Assembly: GCA_051010855.1 (NCBI GenBank)
Contig: JBPCVB010000751.1
Coordinates: 1-31,705, forward strand
Reading direction: 5' to 3'
DNA length: 31,705 nt
Origin: Pirellulaceae bacterium
Lineage (GTDB): Bacteria > Planctomycetota > Planctomycetia > Pirellulales > Pirellulaceae
A program made the position numbers and the translations under genes. This document shows positions 17,649-27,309 of this stretch, in pieces. The first letter of the stretch is position 1. Each line of letters begins with the position of its first letter. Under the pieces are notes generated by a model that searched no databases, was not told the origin of the DNA, and saw only the letters and a list, made by a program, of their open reading frames with translations.

Positions 17649-18473
17649 TCAAGTGCGGGCTGCCAGCAAATCCAGCAACCTGCCCGGTGAACCCATGGCG
17701 TTGTAGCCGCCATCAACGTGGAGAACTTCACCAGTGACTCCCAACGACATGTCGGATAACAGGAACATGCCTGTTCGGCCGACTTCGTCATGAGTTACAT
17801 TACGGCTCAGCGGTGCCATGTGTTCGTAAAGGTGCAGCATCTCACCGACCCCCGCCGCTGTGCCGGCCAGTGTCTTGAGAGGTCCTGCACTGAGTGCATT
17901 GACGCGGATGCCACGCGGACCCAGATCAAAAGCCAGATAACGCATAGTGGCTTCCAGGGCTGCCTTGCAAATGCCCATCACGTTGTACCCCGGTACGCAT
18001 TTCTCGCCACCAAAATAGGTCATGCAGGCCACCGCCGCCGAGTCATTCAGGATGTTGCGGGCGCCATGGCACACGGCAATCAGACTGTACACGCTGACGT
18101 CCATCGCCATTTTGAACCCATCGCGGCTGGTCTCGATCGTGTCCCGTTGCAAGTCCGCGCGGTCGGCAAAGGCAATACTGTGTAGCAAAAAGTCCAGTCC
18201 GCCCAGTTCCTGCTCGGCGGTTTGCATCACGCTGCGGATCTGGTCGTCATCCTCCACATTTAGCGGTACGAGGAATTTGGCGTTGGGGTGACCATCGATG
18301 CATTTTTCGACGCGTCGCCGGTTCTTTTTTCGTTCGTCGTCCGGGCGATCGGGCAGATGGGTAAATCCGCACTGGCCACCTTCAGCCATGATCTGTTCGG
18401 CAATCGCCCAGGCGATGGAGCGATCATTGGCCACACCCAGAATCAAACCTTTTTTGCCTTCAAATAACCCCAT
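17649..18473 (-). CDS. fabI: Enoyl-ACP reductase (NADH)
   Basis: GKKGLILGVANDRSIAW, LLHSIAFA, catalytic YNVMGICKAALE, RVNALSAGPLKT, TGEVLHVDGG; start moved to ATG 18473 (MGLFEG) behind SD GGAGAG; 274 aa. Confidence 0.95.
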   Translation of the reverse strand: MGLFEGKKGLILGVANDRSIAWAIAEQIMAEGGQCGFTHLPDRPDDERKKNRRRVEKCIDGHPNAKFLVPLNVEDDDQIRSVMQTAEQELGGLDFLLHSIAFADRADLQRDTIETSRDGFKMAMDVSVYSLIAVCHGARNILNDSAAVACMTYFGGEKCVPGYNVMGICKAALEATMRYLAFDLGPRGIRVNALSAGPLKTLAGTAAGVGEMLHLYEHMAPLSRNVTHDEVGRTGMFLLSDMSLGVTGEVLHVDGGYNAMGSPGRLLDLLAART

Positions 18474-18660
18474 ATCCCTCTCTCCGTGCCGCCGCCAACC
18501 ATTGTTCGGCGGACTCAAAATGACTACGATCCAGGCTCATCCAGACGACCCGCTTTGACGACAGATGCGTCCTGGTGACGACATGCCGTGGGCGGCTATT
18601 CTAACGATCATTTCCAATGGCGGCGAGTTGCATTGCCGGTTTCGAGCGTATTCCTGAGCC

Positions 18661-20592
18661 ATGCCAACGCTTTCCCACCAATTGACCAGCGACTCGATCG
18701 GGCTGCGATTGTTGCCCGGTTTGATCGACAAGGTCGTTGATTCCAGTAACTCCGGCGAATTCCTGAATCGGGCCCTGCAACAACTGGTCGATCACCAGGG
18801 AATTGACGGAGTCGCCATTTCGGGGGCCAGCGTGGTTCGCGGCATCAAGGGTACCTGGCGACGCCGCGCCGGTGCCGGTTCTGAAACAGACCTGCCCACC
18901 GAACTGCTGGCTGATGTGCTGGACCAGTACCAGCCATTGAGCAAGGATTCTGCCAGCGCCACGCCCTTGTTCGCCGAACGGGCCGCAGACTACGTGTTTG
19001 TCATCTACGCCAACAAGCCGGTTCCGTCCCCCGCCCTGACCAGCCTCGCGGCCGCCCTGGCTGCCGGATATGACATCACCCGCCAATTTGGTGAAACCCG
19101 ACAACGCGCCGAACGGTTGTCGGCCATGCTGGAAATGACTGTGCGCTGGAATCAGTCACACGAAACCGACGAACTGTTGCAGACGATGGTAGAAACGTCC
19201 ACCCAGCTGCTGGATGCCGAGCGAGCGACGATCTTCCTGCTGGATCCCAATTCGGGAATCCTGATTGGCCGTCCGGCCCTGGGGGTGGAGGGCGGTGAGT
19301 TACGAGTTGCTCAGGGAGCCGGCGTGGTAGGACAAGTGGTGCAAAGTGGAGAGCCGCAACGCATCGATGTCGACATCGAAAACGAACAGGCCCAGATTGA
19401 TCGTACGGTCGATGCGCAAACCGGTTTTGTTACCCGGTCGCTGGTTTGCGTGCCCATGTTTGACCAGCAGGGCGAAACGTTAGGCGCCTTCGAACTGCTG
19501 AACAAACGTGAAGGCAATTTCACGCAAGCCGATCAGGATGCGCTCGGCGAGCTGGCAGGCCACGCTGCGGTAGCCATCAACAATACACAGCACGTCGAGA
19601 ATCTGAGGACCATACAGTGTCACATGGCCGATCAGGCGGCCGAAAAGGTTCAGTTGATCGGAGACAGCGCTGTGATGCAAGCGCTCAAGGAGACCATCCA
19701 CCGCGTCGCTGACACGGAATTGGCCGTTCTGACGCTGGGTGAAAATGGGACGGGCAAGGAAGTCGTTGCCCAGATGATCCACTATCTAAGTCCGCGACGT
19801 GACAACGTGCTGGTGGCTGTCAACTGTGCCGCTATCACCGAGACATTGCTGGAAAGTGAATTGTTCGGTCACGAGAAAGGTGCGTTCACGGATGCACACG
19901 AAGCTCGACAGGGCAAGTTCGAGCTGGCTGATGGGGGTACGTTGTTCCTCGATGAAATTGGCGACATGAGCCCTGGCGGACAGGCCAAACTGTTAAGGGT
20001 GCTGGAAGAGAAAGTGGTCGTGCGAGTCGGCGGATCGCAGCCTATCCCGACCGATGCCCGCGTGATTGCTGCGACGAATCAGGATCTGGGGCAGCTGGTG
20101 CGAGAGAAAAAGTTCCGCGAGGACCTGTTCTTCCGGTTGAATGTAGTCACGTTGCAACTGCCGCCTCTGCGGGAACGCGGTGAAGACATCACCACGTTGG
20201 GCCAGCATTTCCTCAAGGACTTCTGTGCCCGGGCCCGGCGTCCGGTTCCCAAATTTACGGCCGCGGCCCGCAAGAAACTGATCGCCCACAACTGGCCGGG
20301 CAATGTGCGTGAATTGAGGAACATGATGGAGCGGCTGGCCTATCTGTTTAATGGCGAAAAGGTGGATGCCGGCGATCTGTCCTTTGTCATGGCACCGGGG
20401 CAGGATGAATCGGTGGTGCCTATGGACCTGCCACTGGCCGAAGCTACGCGGCAGTTCCAGGCTGACTATATCCAGCGACATATCAAGCGAGCCCAGGGCA
20501 ATATGACCGACGCGGCCGAGCGAATGGGCCTGCATCGATCCAACTTGTACCGCAAAATGAAACAGCTCGGCATGGACCAGGAAGAAGAGTAG
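18661..20592 (+). CDS. Sigma54-dependent Fis-family activator with GAF sensor domain(s)
   Basis: 643 aa; GAF region (AERATIFLLD...GVVGQVVQSGEP...RSLVCVPM...GAFELLNK); AAA+ GENGTGKE, ESELFGHEKGAFTDA, GTLFLDEIGDM, WPGNVRELRN; C-terminal HTH AAERMGLHRSNLYRKMK. Confidence 0.95.
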   Translation: MPTLSHQLTSDSIGLRLLPGLIDKVVDSSNSGEFLNRALQQLVDHQGIDGVAISGASVVRGIKGTWRRRAGAGSETDLPTELLADVLDQYQPLSKDSASATPLFAERAADYVFVIYANKPVPSPALTSLAAALAAGYDITRQFGETRQRAERLSAMLEMTVRWNQSHETDELLQTMVETSTQLLDAERATIFLLDPNSGILIGRPALGVEGGELRVAQGAGVVGQVVQSGEPQRIDVDIENEQAQIDRTVDAQTGFVTRSLVCVPMFDQQGETLGAFELLNKREGNFTQADQDALGELAGHAAVAINNTQHVENLRTIQCHMADQAAEKVQLIGDSAVMQALKETIHRVADTELAVLTLGENGTGKEVVAQMIHYLSPRRDNVLVAVNCAAITETLLESELFGHEKGAFTDAHEARQGKFELADGGTLFLDEIGDMSPGGQAKLLRVLEEKVVVRVGGSQPIPTDARVIAATNQDLGQLVREKKFREDLFFRLNVVTLQLPPLRERGEDITTLGQHFLKDFCARARRPVPKFTAAARKKLIAHNWPGNVRELRNMMERLAYLFNGEKVDAGDLSFVMAPGQDESVVPMDLPLAEATRQFQADYIQRHIKRAQGNMTDAAERMGLHRSNLYRKMKQLGMDQEEE

Positions 20593-20615
20593 GGGAGAGT
20601 CCTCCTGACCTGTTT

Positions 20616-20646
20616 TCTGCGGTCTGCAGTCTCCGGCCTACAGCCT
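20616..20646. repeat. Degenerate heptamer tandem repeat YCTRCRG, about 4.4 copies
   Basis: TCTGCGG TCTGCAG TCTCCGG CCTACAG CCT, intergenic just upstream of the putative rplU promoter. Confidence 0.5.
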
Positions 20647-20654
20647 TTTTAGCC

Positions 20655-20684
20655 CTCGACCACCTGCCGCTGGTCGGCTAAAAT
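20655..20684 (+). promoter_or_regulatory. Putative sigma70 promoter of rplU
   Basis: CTCGAC (20655-20660), 18-nt spacer, TAAAAT (20679-20684), 45 nt before the ATG. Confidence 0.4.
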
Positions 20685-20729
20685 CCCCGATTCGCCACGG
20701 CACTCTCATTCCTCAAACCAACCAAAACC

Positions 20730-21038
20730 ATGTACGCGATCATTGCTGACGGTGGACGTCAATACAAAGTAGAAGAAGGCCAAACGCTGGAAGTCGATTT
20801 GCGTGAAGCCAATCCTGGCGATGAGCTTACTTTCAATCGTGTACTCGCCGTTTCCGATGATGACGGTTTTCGCCTCGGGCAGCCGGAAGTCAGCGGCGCC
20901 ACGGTTTCGGCCAAAGTGCTGGACCAGACCAAGGGCAAAAAGATCTACGTGCAAAAGTTTCGTCGCCGCAAAAACAGCAAACGACGCACGGGACATCGCC
21001 AGAAGTATCTCCGCGTGCGGATCGAAAAGATCGCCTAG
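20730..21038 (+). CDS. rplU: 50S ribosomal protein L21
   Basis: 102 aa; MYAII..GGRQYKVEEG and KFRRRKNSKRRTGHRQ motifs. Confidence 0.97.
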   Translation: MYAIIADGGRQYKVEEGQTLEVDLREANPGDELTFNRVLAVSDDDGFRLGQPEVSGATVSAKVLDQTKGKKIYVQKFRRRKNSKRRTGHRQKYLRVRIEKIA

Positions 21039-21177
21039 CTCTGTTCGATTCATGTGATGCGGTTCGTCTGCTTTCAGGCCCGTCCCTCCCGGACGCGTTG
21101 CCAAACACGAATTTCTTGACCCGCGCTACGCGCAGTGCTCCAATAAGTTCACTAACGAACTTACCGGGAGCCAGCAA

Positions 21178-21636
21178 ATGTCAACCGATCAACCGGCGAA
21201 AACGCCAAGTCCCCGTGCCGGATACGAATTCGATGCGCAACAAAACCAGACCATAGGCGAGCTGGCTGGGGCCATGAAATGGGTGGCGGTGCCGCTAATC
21301 CTGGTTGGAGCGATGTATGCGGTGTTGGCGGTAATCCAGCTGATCACCGCATTTCAGAATTGGGAGTTGCTGTTTCCCGCGTTGATGATCGCCTTGGCCG
21401 CAGTTCTGTATCTGGTACTGGGGTTCTGGACCAAACAGTCTTCGGAGGCTTTCAGCGCCGTCGTTGCAACCAGCGGCAATGACATCGGGCACCTGATGAC
21501 GGCACTGGACAACCTGCGAAAAAAATATTCCTTGCTGAGCTTGATCGTAAAGATCTATGTCGTGCTGCTGATCATTGGCCTGATCGTCGGTATTGTGATG
21601 CTGGTTGCCAGCTATACGGGGCCACCGGCCGGGTAG
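21178..21636 (+). CDS. Hypothetical membrane protein (three hydrophobic segments)
   Basis: 152 aa; YEFDAQQNQTIGELAGAMKWV, two TMs, amphipathic GNDIGHLMTALDNLRKKY, third TM; SD-like GGGAG upstream. Confidence 0.75.
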   Translation: MSTDQPAKTPSPRAGYEFDAQQNQTIGELAGAMKWVAVPLILVGAMYAVLAVIQLITAFQNWELLFPALMIALAAVLYLVLGFWTKQSSEAFSAVVATSGNDIGHLMTALDNLRKKYSLLSLIVKIYVVLLIIGLIVGIVMLVASYTGPPAG

Positions 21637-21654
21637 TCCGGTTTGCACCGGCCG

Positions 21655-22674
21655 TCACCCTTCGGTATCCGATCGCCGCATGCCCAGATCCGACAGCAGT
21701 TTCGGAAGATATCCAATCATCAGACCAACCACCAGGCCCATTCCGTGCGCCCAGTTGGCGACGTTCATACCGGTCATCTCGGTAAAGTCCGGCGCCATGC
21801 AAATCAACATCCAGATCAACAAGACGGCGATCGTGATCGGTGAGACAAACATCCCCGATTTGGGATCAAACACCATCTTCATCCACACATAGCCAAACAG
21901 GCCGTAGATAACTCCAGACATGCCACCCATGATAATGGACCAGTGATTGCCGAGATTTTCGATGGGGATCCCGTCGAGGTGTTCCGGTACCAGCGCGCCA
22001 CTGATGTTGGAGGGAATGGCAATTAGCGCCACCAGGATGGCCATCCACAATGCACCGTAGCGCGATTCGACCTGGCGGCCAAAAACCACCAGCCAGTACA
22101 TATTGAACAGCAGGTGGAACACGCCGAAATGAATGAACGCCGGTGTGATGGCCCGCCAAACCTCTCCGCCAGTCAGACTACCCATTCGCAAACGGGTGTT
22201 GAATCGGTCGAGTCCTTCGGTGCCAACCAGGTCGACCGCTTGCTGCTGGGTCAATGACGCCAGGGAAAGGGCCTGAAAAGTGTCACCGCTAATTGAGTCA
22301 CCAAAGTTGGTAATCAGAGACACGATAACGCAAATCACGATCATCGCGATCGTCAAAGGGGCGGCCTTGGTGATCGGAGCATTCCACCGTTCATTCATCT
22401 GCATCTGGTTGGCCCGTACCTCCTGCAGCTTCTTTTCCTGCTGACGAGCAATGCGGTGAGCTTCATCCACCGCCGCTCGATATTCGGCCGCGTCCGGGCT
22501 ATTGCGGAACTCTTCCAGATGTTTGGTAGCCTTGTCGATCTGGTCCTCGTCGCGAATCCACAGCTCCCACCGACCGTCTTCCTGTTCGCAATGCGACGAT
22601 ATTCCGTGCGTCATCAGGAACGCAGAGAAACGCTCGGCGTGGGTCTTGGAATCGAGATGACCAATCAGTCGCAT
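21655..22674 (-). CDS. GlpG-like rhomboid intramembrane serine protease with N-terminal cytoplasmic domain
   Basis: EVWRAITPAFIHFGVFHLLFNMYWL, catalytic GMSG and NWAHGMG; N-terminal MRLIGHL...RFSAFL domain typical of GlpG; start moved to ATG 22674. Confidence 0.92.
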   Translation of the reverse strand: MRLIGHLDSKTHAERFSAFLMTHGISSHCEQEDGRWELWIRDEDQIDKATKHLEEFRNSPDAAEYRAAVDEAHRIARQQEKKLQEVRANQMQMNERWNAPITKAAPLTIAMIVICVIVSLITNFGDSISGDTFQALSLASLTQQQAVDLVGTEGLDRFNTRLRMGSLTGGEVWRAITPAFIHFGVFHLLFNMYWLVVFGRQVESRYGALWMAILVALIAIPSNISGALVPEHLDGIPIENLGNHWSIIMGGMSGVIYGLFGYVWMKMVFDPKSGMFVSPITIAVLLIWMLICMAPDFTEMTGMNVANWAHGMGLVVGLMIGYLPKLLSDLGMRRSDTEG

Positions 22675-22920
22675 GGGTTTGCTCGCAGGGGACAGCAAAC
22701 GGACTGATAAGTCACGCTAGCTGGGATTCAGAAGAGCCGGGCTCACGGAAAGCACTAATTTATCCAATCCACCCGTTTCTACCAACCGTTGTTGGGTTGT
22801 GGTTTCAACTTCGAACTTGCCAGAAACCACGGATTCCGCCACAGTCCCCGCGCGATGCTGCGCCTGCTCCCTGATGTCCACCCGTGATTTCCTTGTAGTC
22901 AATGTGTTAACAGGCAAGCC

Positions 22921-25050
22921 ATGTCAACCGATTCCCACTCATCATCGACCAGCCAGCCGGGGACGCCTCACGGTCGGCTTTTCTCCGTTGGTCCCTCGCC
23001 ATCCGATCAAGAATCATCACCGCCTATTGACCGCAAGCTGATCCAGGAAACACGCGATCAGATCCGGGCCATGGTGGACGAGATAACCACGCTGGCCCAA
23101 TCCGACTGCCCGCCCGAAGAGTTTCACCGCGGATTTCTGACGCGAACGGTCGGCGCACTGGCCTCGGTGGGAGGTGCGATCTGGAGCTGCAATGAAAATG
23201 GATTGTCACTGGAGTACCAGATCAATCTGTCGCAAAGCGGGCTGGCCGACGATCCCTCCGCGCAACAGGCCCATGGGAAATTGTTGCATCAATTGATTGA
23301 AGCCGGGGAGCCAGCTTTGGTTCAACCCAACAGTGGCTTGTCAGAAGAAGATCAGGCCAGCAACCCTACCGAACTTTTACTGGTCACCGGTCCGCTGATG
23401 GTGGAACAACAAGTTGTCGGGCTGGTGGAAATCTTTCAACGCCCCGGTGCCGGGCCCACCACGCAACGGGGTTACTTGCGCTTCCTGGTGCAGATGTGCA
23501 AGGTAGCCAGCGATTACCTGACGCACGATCGCCTGCAACACTACTCCGACCAGCAAACGATGTGGCATCGCATGCAATCGTTTGTCCGTTCGATTCACGG
23601 CAGTCTGCGTACACGCGACACGGTCTACGCAATTGCAAACGAAGGTCGACGCCTGATCGAATGCGATCGTGTCAGTGTGGCCATCCAGCAAGGGCCACGA
23701 ATGCATGTGCAGACGATCAGCGGGCTGGACACCATCGAGAGGCGCGCCGAGCAGGTCAAGAAACTCTCCCGACTCGCCACCACTGTGGCGCGCGGAGGCG
23801 AAGCGATGTGGTACTCCGGAGACGACACCCATCTGCCGCCGCAAATCGAAAAGCAGCTGCACCAGTATCTCGATGTTTCCCATTCCAAATTGGTGGCCAT
23901 CGAACCGTTGCGGGAGATCATCCCGCCACGCAATGATGAGGAAAACGATGGCGAGGCCGAACCGCGAACCGGAAAGATCATCGGGGCGCTTATTGCCGAA
24001 CAGCTCAGCGACGATCGGGAAACCCCTCATCTGCGCAACCGCGTGCAAACTGTCGTGGCGCACAGCAACGATGCACTGACCAATTCACTGGCTCACAGCA
24101 ACATGTTCCTGGCACCGCTCTGGACGTGGCTGGGCAAGTCGGCGGCCCTCACCAGCGCTCGCAATCTGCCCAAAACGCTACTGGCACTGGCCGTGGTCAC
24201 ACTGGCGATTGCTGCATTGTGGCTGGTGCCGTATCCGTTCACTCTGGGTGCCAATGGACAACTGACGCCGGAAAACCGCAGCGAAGTCTATGCCGAGATG
24301 GATGGCGTCCTGCAGCAACTGTTGATCCCTGAGGACCCGGACACGATTGTCAACGTCGGTGAAGTGCTGGCTGTCATGACCAACAACGAACTCATGGTCA
24401 AGATCCGCAACTTGCAGGGCCAGTTCGATACCGCGCAGGAAGAAGTCAACAAACTCAAACGCGCCCAGCACCTGCAAATGACGCCCGTCGAACAACGCAT
24501 GATCGAAGGTGACTTGGCCAAGGCTCTGGAAACCCGGGATAGCCTGCAGCGACAACTGGAACTTGTCATGGGTCAGGCAGAGATGTTGCACGTGCGAGCT
24601 CCGGCCGCCGGCCGCATTTTTAACTGGCAACTGCGGGAGAATCTTTTGCGACGTCCCGTGCTCAAGGGCCAGAACCTGATGACCATCGTGCATCCGGATA
24701 CCGCCTGGCAAATCGAACTGGAGTTCCCCGAGAAACGTGTCGCTCACCTGATGCGAGCACAAAACGATTCAGGGGAACCCCTCAAGGTGACATTCACGCT
24801 TGCTTCCCATCCCGGAAGCGAGTTCACGGGCCATGTTGCCGGCATCGACAACAAGCTGGACGTGCGCAGTGACGATGGCAATTCGGTGCTGGTGCGTATT
24901 GCTTTCGATGGCCAGCAACTGCCTGATGACTTGTTGCGCAGTGGCACCCGCGTCACCGCTCAGGTGCATGCCGGACAACGTTCGCTGGGCTACGTCTGGT
25001 TCCACGAACTGATCGAAACAGCCCATTCGACCTGGCTGCTGTGGTTTTGA
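22921..25050 (+). CDS. GAF-domain / HlyD-family membrane fusion protein
   Basis: 709 aa; two GAF-like regions (VVGLVEIFQRPG; IANEGRRLIECDRVSV), TM (TLLALAVVTLAIAALWLVP), biotinyl-hybrid (VYAEMDGVL; VRAPAAGRI), coiled coil and beta-barrel (GTRVTAQVHAGQRSLGY). Confidence 0.85.
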   Translation: MSTDSHSSSTSQPGTPHGRLFSVGPSPSDQESSPPIDRKLIQETRDQIRAMVDEITTLAQSDCPPEEFHRGFLTRTVGALASVGGAIWSCNENGLSLEYQINLSQSGLADDPSAQQAHGKLLHQLIEAGEPALVQPNSGLSEEDQASNPTELLLVTGPLMVEQQVVGLVEIFQRPGAGPTTQRGYLRFLVQMCKVASDYLTHDRLQHYSDQQTMWHRMQSFVRSIHGSLRTRDTVYAIANEGRRLIECDRVSVAIQQGPRMHVQTISGLDTIERRAEQVKKLSRLATTVARGGEAMWYSGDDTHLPPQIEKQLHQYLDVSHSKLVAIEPLREIIPPRNDEENDGEAEPRTGKIIGALIAEQLSDDRETPHLRNRVQTVVAHSNDALTNSLAHSNMFLAPLWTWLGKSAALTSARNLPKTLLALAVVTLAIAALWLVPYPFTLGANGQLTPENRSEVYAEMDGVLQQLLIPEDPDTIVNVGEVLAVMTNNELMVKIRNLQGQFDTAQEEVNKLKRAQHLQMTPVEQRMIEGDLAKALETRDSLQRQLELVMGQAEMLHVRAPAAGRIFNWQLRENLLRRPVLKGQNLMTIVHPDTAWQIELEFPEKRVAHLMRAQNDSGEPLKVTFTLASHPGSEFTGHVAGIDNKLDVRSDDGNSVLVRIAFDGQQLPDDLLRSGTRVTAQVHAGQRSLGYVWFHELIETAHSTWLLWF

Positions 25051-25157
25051 TCCGCGAGCTGCTAGCGGGTTTTGGCACCTCGACTCACAAGGACGCCAAC
25101 AAACAACCGATAACTGATCTGTAGATTCAAAGACATTAAGCCTGTCGCAGGAATCCC

Positions 25158-26147
25158 ATGAAACAACTCAAAGTCAGCATGCTGTTCATCGTGGCTTTTT
25201 CGCTGGTTTCCGGTTCGCTCACTGCACAAACCACGCAAGAGCAACCCGAGATGCATTCCCCCGTCAACCATGTCGGAGAAGGGCATGTCGACCTGGAGTT
25301 TTGCCGCGTCATGTTTATTTCCGAGATCAATGTGCCGGCGCAGGAAAGCGGCCCTTTGCTGGACATGCCGGTTCGTCTGGGACAGGCCATTGAGCCCGGC
25401 CAGGAGCTGGCGAGAATCGACGACCGGCTGGCCCAGCTCCGACTGGATACGGCGCAGACCAAACTGGCGGCAGCATCAGAGAAAGCCAATAACGACGTCG
25501 ATGTGCGAGCGGCCAATAACGCTCTGGACCTGGCGGAGACCGAACGCAAACGCAACTATCAGCTGCTGATCAAACGCACCATGCCGCAAGCCGAGTACGA
25601 CCGGTCGGCGCTGCAGGCCAAACAGGCGGCTCTGCAAGTCGAGCAGGCCCAGCGTGATATGCAAACCGCGGTGAAAGAAGCCCAAATTGAATCGCACAAC
25701 GTGCGAGCAGCAACCGACAGTATCGATCGTCACGTGATCAAGTCACCGCAGCAGGGGGTCGTGATGGAGCGATTCAAGGAACCCGGAGAATGGGTCAATG
25801 CCGGTGACGATGTAATGCGCATAGCCCGCATGGACACCTTGTTTGTGCAAGGCCTGCTCGATTCCAGCCTGTTCAATCCGCATGAAGTAGACGGCCAAAA
25901 CGTTACCATTTCGGTCGAAGTGGCCCGTGGTGAGCGGCTGGAGTTCCAGGGGCGGATCGTGTTTGTGTCGCTTGAGAAACAAAACGCGCGATCCTACATC
26001 GTGCGGGCCGAAGTAGAAAACCGTCAGCAAAACGGTCGCTGGCTGCTGCTGGCCAATGAAGAAGCCATTATGCGTATCCACCTCGGACCGCAATCGGTAA
26101 CCCAGGCCCCTCCGCCCAACTTCGGCGCCGGGCCGGTATATCGATAA
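25158..26147 (+). CDS. HlyD-family periplasmic adaptor with cleavable signal peptide
   Basis: 329 aa; signal MKQLKVSMLFIVAFSLVSGSLTA-QT; VPAQESGPL..GQELARIDD, coiled coil, IKSPQQGVV..FKEPGEWVNAGD; SD AGGA. Confidence 0.88.
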   Translation: MKQLKVSMLFIVAFSLVSGSLTAQTTQEQPEMHSPVNHVGEGHVDLEFCRVMFISEINVPAQESGPLLDMPVRLGQAIEPGQELARIDDRLAQLRLDTAQTKLAAASEKANNDVDVRAANNALDLAETERKRNYQLLIKRTMPQAEYDRSALQAKQAALQVEQAQRDMQTAVKEAQIESHNVRAATDSIDRHVIKSPQQGVVMERFKEPGEWVNAGDDVMRIARMDTLFVQGLLDSSLFNPHEVDGQNVTISVEVARGERLEFQGRIVFVSLEKQNARSYIVRAEVENRQQNGRWLLLANEEAIMRIHLGPQSVTQAPPPNFGAGPVYR

Positions 26148-26169
26148 AACCGGGTTGCGGAATCCACAA

Positions 26170-26213
26170 CCCTTCTCCCTCGGGGAGAAGGTGGCCGAAG
26201 GCCGGATGAGGGC
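26170..26213. repeat. GC-rich double-hairpin extragenic element
   Basis: CCTTCTCCC-TCG-GGGAGAAGG (9-bp perfect stem, 26171-26191), then GGCC-GAA-GGCC and GATGAGGG; 22 nt after the HlyD stop. Confidence 0.7.
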
Positions 26214-26223
26214 TGTTACAGTT

Positions 26224-26262
26224 CTTCTGCCTTCGACATGCCTTGTTCAACATTCTGCGGTT
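26224..26262 (-). repeat. 39-nt dispersed block, copy 1 (inverted)
   Basis: Minus strand AACCGCAGAATGTTGAACAAGGCATGTCGAAGGCAGAAG; 33/39 identical to the 31543-31581 copy by manual alignment. Confidence 0.85.
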
Positions 26263-26280
26263 CAGTCACGCGCGCTGGAA

Positions 26281-26353
26281 AATTTACAATTTGCAATCAC
26301 TCGGCGACCGTCACCCCCGAAGCATGCCCACGACCAGCGTGGGCATGGCACCC
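26281..26353. repeat. Composite element A: ATTTGCA tract plus REP-like hairpin
   Basis: AATTTACAATTTGCAAT...ACCGTCAC-CC-CCGAAG-CATGCCCACG-ACCAG-CGTGGGCATG-GCACCC; perfect 10-bp stem at 26323-26347. Confidence 0.85.
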
Positions 26354-26402
26354 TGGCGGATCATGACGTCCAGCCCGTGACCAAAGGGCTATTAACCCAC
26401 GA

Positions 26403-26421
26403 TCATTTTTCAATTTGCAAT
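26403..26421. repeat. ATTT(G/T)CA heptamer tract
   Basis: TCATTTTTCAATTTGCAAT, 77 nt beyond the cyclase-gene stop. Confidence 0.65.
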
Positions 26422-26498
26422 GGGAACGGGACGAAGCGGGCTCTCTGTCGCTCGGGTGCCACTGGCTCTGCAAGTGCCCAAACCTGTCGTCGTCCAGC

Positions 26499-27299
26499 TT
26501 ACTCTTCCACCATCGCAATAATCCGCAACGGTGCCCCGCTTCCGCCGCCAATTTTCATGGGTAAGGCGATAACTTTAAAACCCTTACCTGGCAACTGGTC
26601 CAGATTGGCCACGTTTTCAAATGCCGGGATATTGTGTTCAAACAACTTGACGTGGCTCTCAAACAGCCGTGACTGGCCATAGTCAATACTTGGCGTGTCG
26701 ATACCAATCGCCTTGATTGCGCGATGTTCAACCAACCAGGTGGCAGCCTGCGGATCGAGTCCTGGAAAATGTAAATCCGGAACAGCCTCCGGTCCGGTTT
26801 GATCAGTACCGAGGTACCGCTGGCGATTACCCCAATGGGCGGAATAGCCGGTTCGCAACAGCACTATCACGTCCACCAATTGCCGGCCGTTGGAGGTTTC
26901 CCAATTCCGCAGGTCGTCGACGCCAATCAGATAGTCGGGATCGTTTGCGCAAGCCTCTGACACATCAACCACAACTCCCTCTCCAATCAGGCGTTCCAGC
27001 GGGATCTCATCTACCGTCATGCGATCCTCGAAAAAGTGGATTGGTGCATCGATGTGAGTGCCACCATGTTCGGCGGCAACGAAACGATTTGCCGCATAGT
27101 AGTACCCGCGGTCGGTGTAGCCGGCTGATCCCTCGATCAGCTTGAAACCGTCTTCGGTTGGCCAGTAGATGGTCTGATCGTCAAAGGGATGCGACAAATC
27201 GATGACTTGCGGCGAGGATTCCTGTGCCGTCACATTGGTGGCCTGCAGCAGACCCGCTATCGCAAAAAGGCTCAGCAGAGTTATCAATTTCATCTTCAT
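26499..27299 (-). CDS. Cyclase-family (kynurenine formamidase-like) metal-dependent amidohydrolase, secreted
   Basis: HGGTHIDAPIHF metal motif, IGIDTPSID, HNIPAFENV, ALPMKIGGGSGAPLR; signal peptide MKMKLITLLSLFAIAGLLQA; start moved to ATG 27299 behind GGGGG, 10 nt after the GGT-like stop; 266 aa. Confidence 0.92.
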   Translation of the reverse strand: MKMKLITLLSLFAIAGLLQATNVTAQESSPQVIDLSHPFDDQTIYWPTEDGFKLIEGSAGYTDRGYYYAANRFVAAEHGGTHIDAPIHFFEDRMTVDEIPLERLIGEGVVVDVSEACANDPDYLIGVDDLRNWETSNGRQLVDVIVLLRTGYSAHWGNRQRYLGTDQTGPEAVPDLHFPGLDPQAATWLVEHRAIKAIGIDTPSIDYGQSRLFESHVKLFEHNIPAFENVANLDQLPGKGFKVIALPMKIGGGSGAPLRIIAMVEE

Positions 27300-27309
27300 T
27301 TCCCCCAAG

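Noticed and set aside
22799-22830. GTGGTTTC-N16-GAAACCAC inverted repeat in the rhomboid/GAF-HlyD spacer
   Set aside because: Single 8-bp inverted repeat with no second instance or recognisable consensus; too weak to call an operator.
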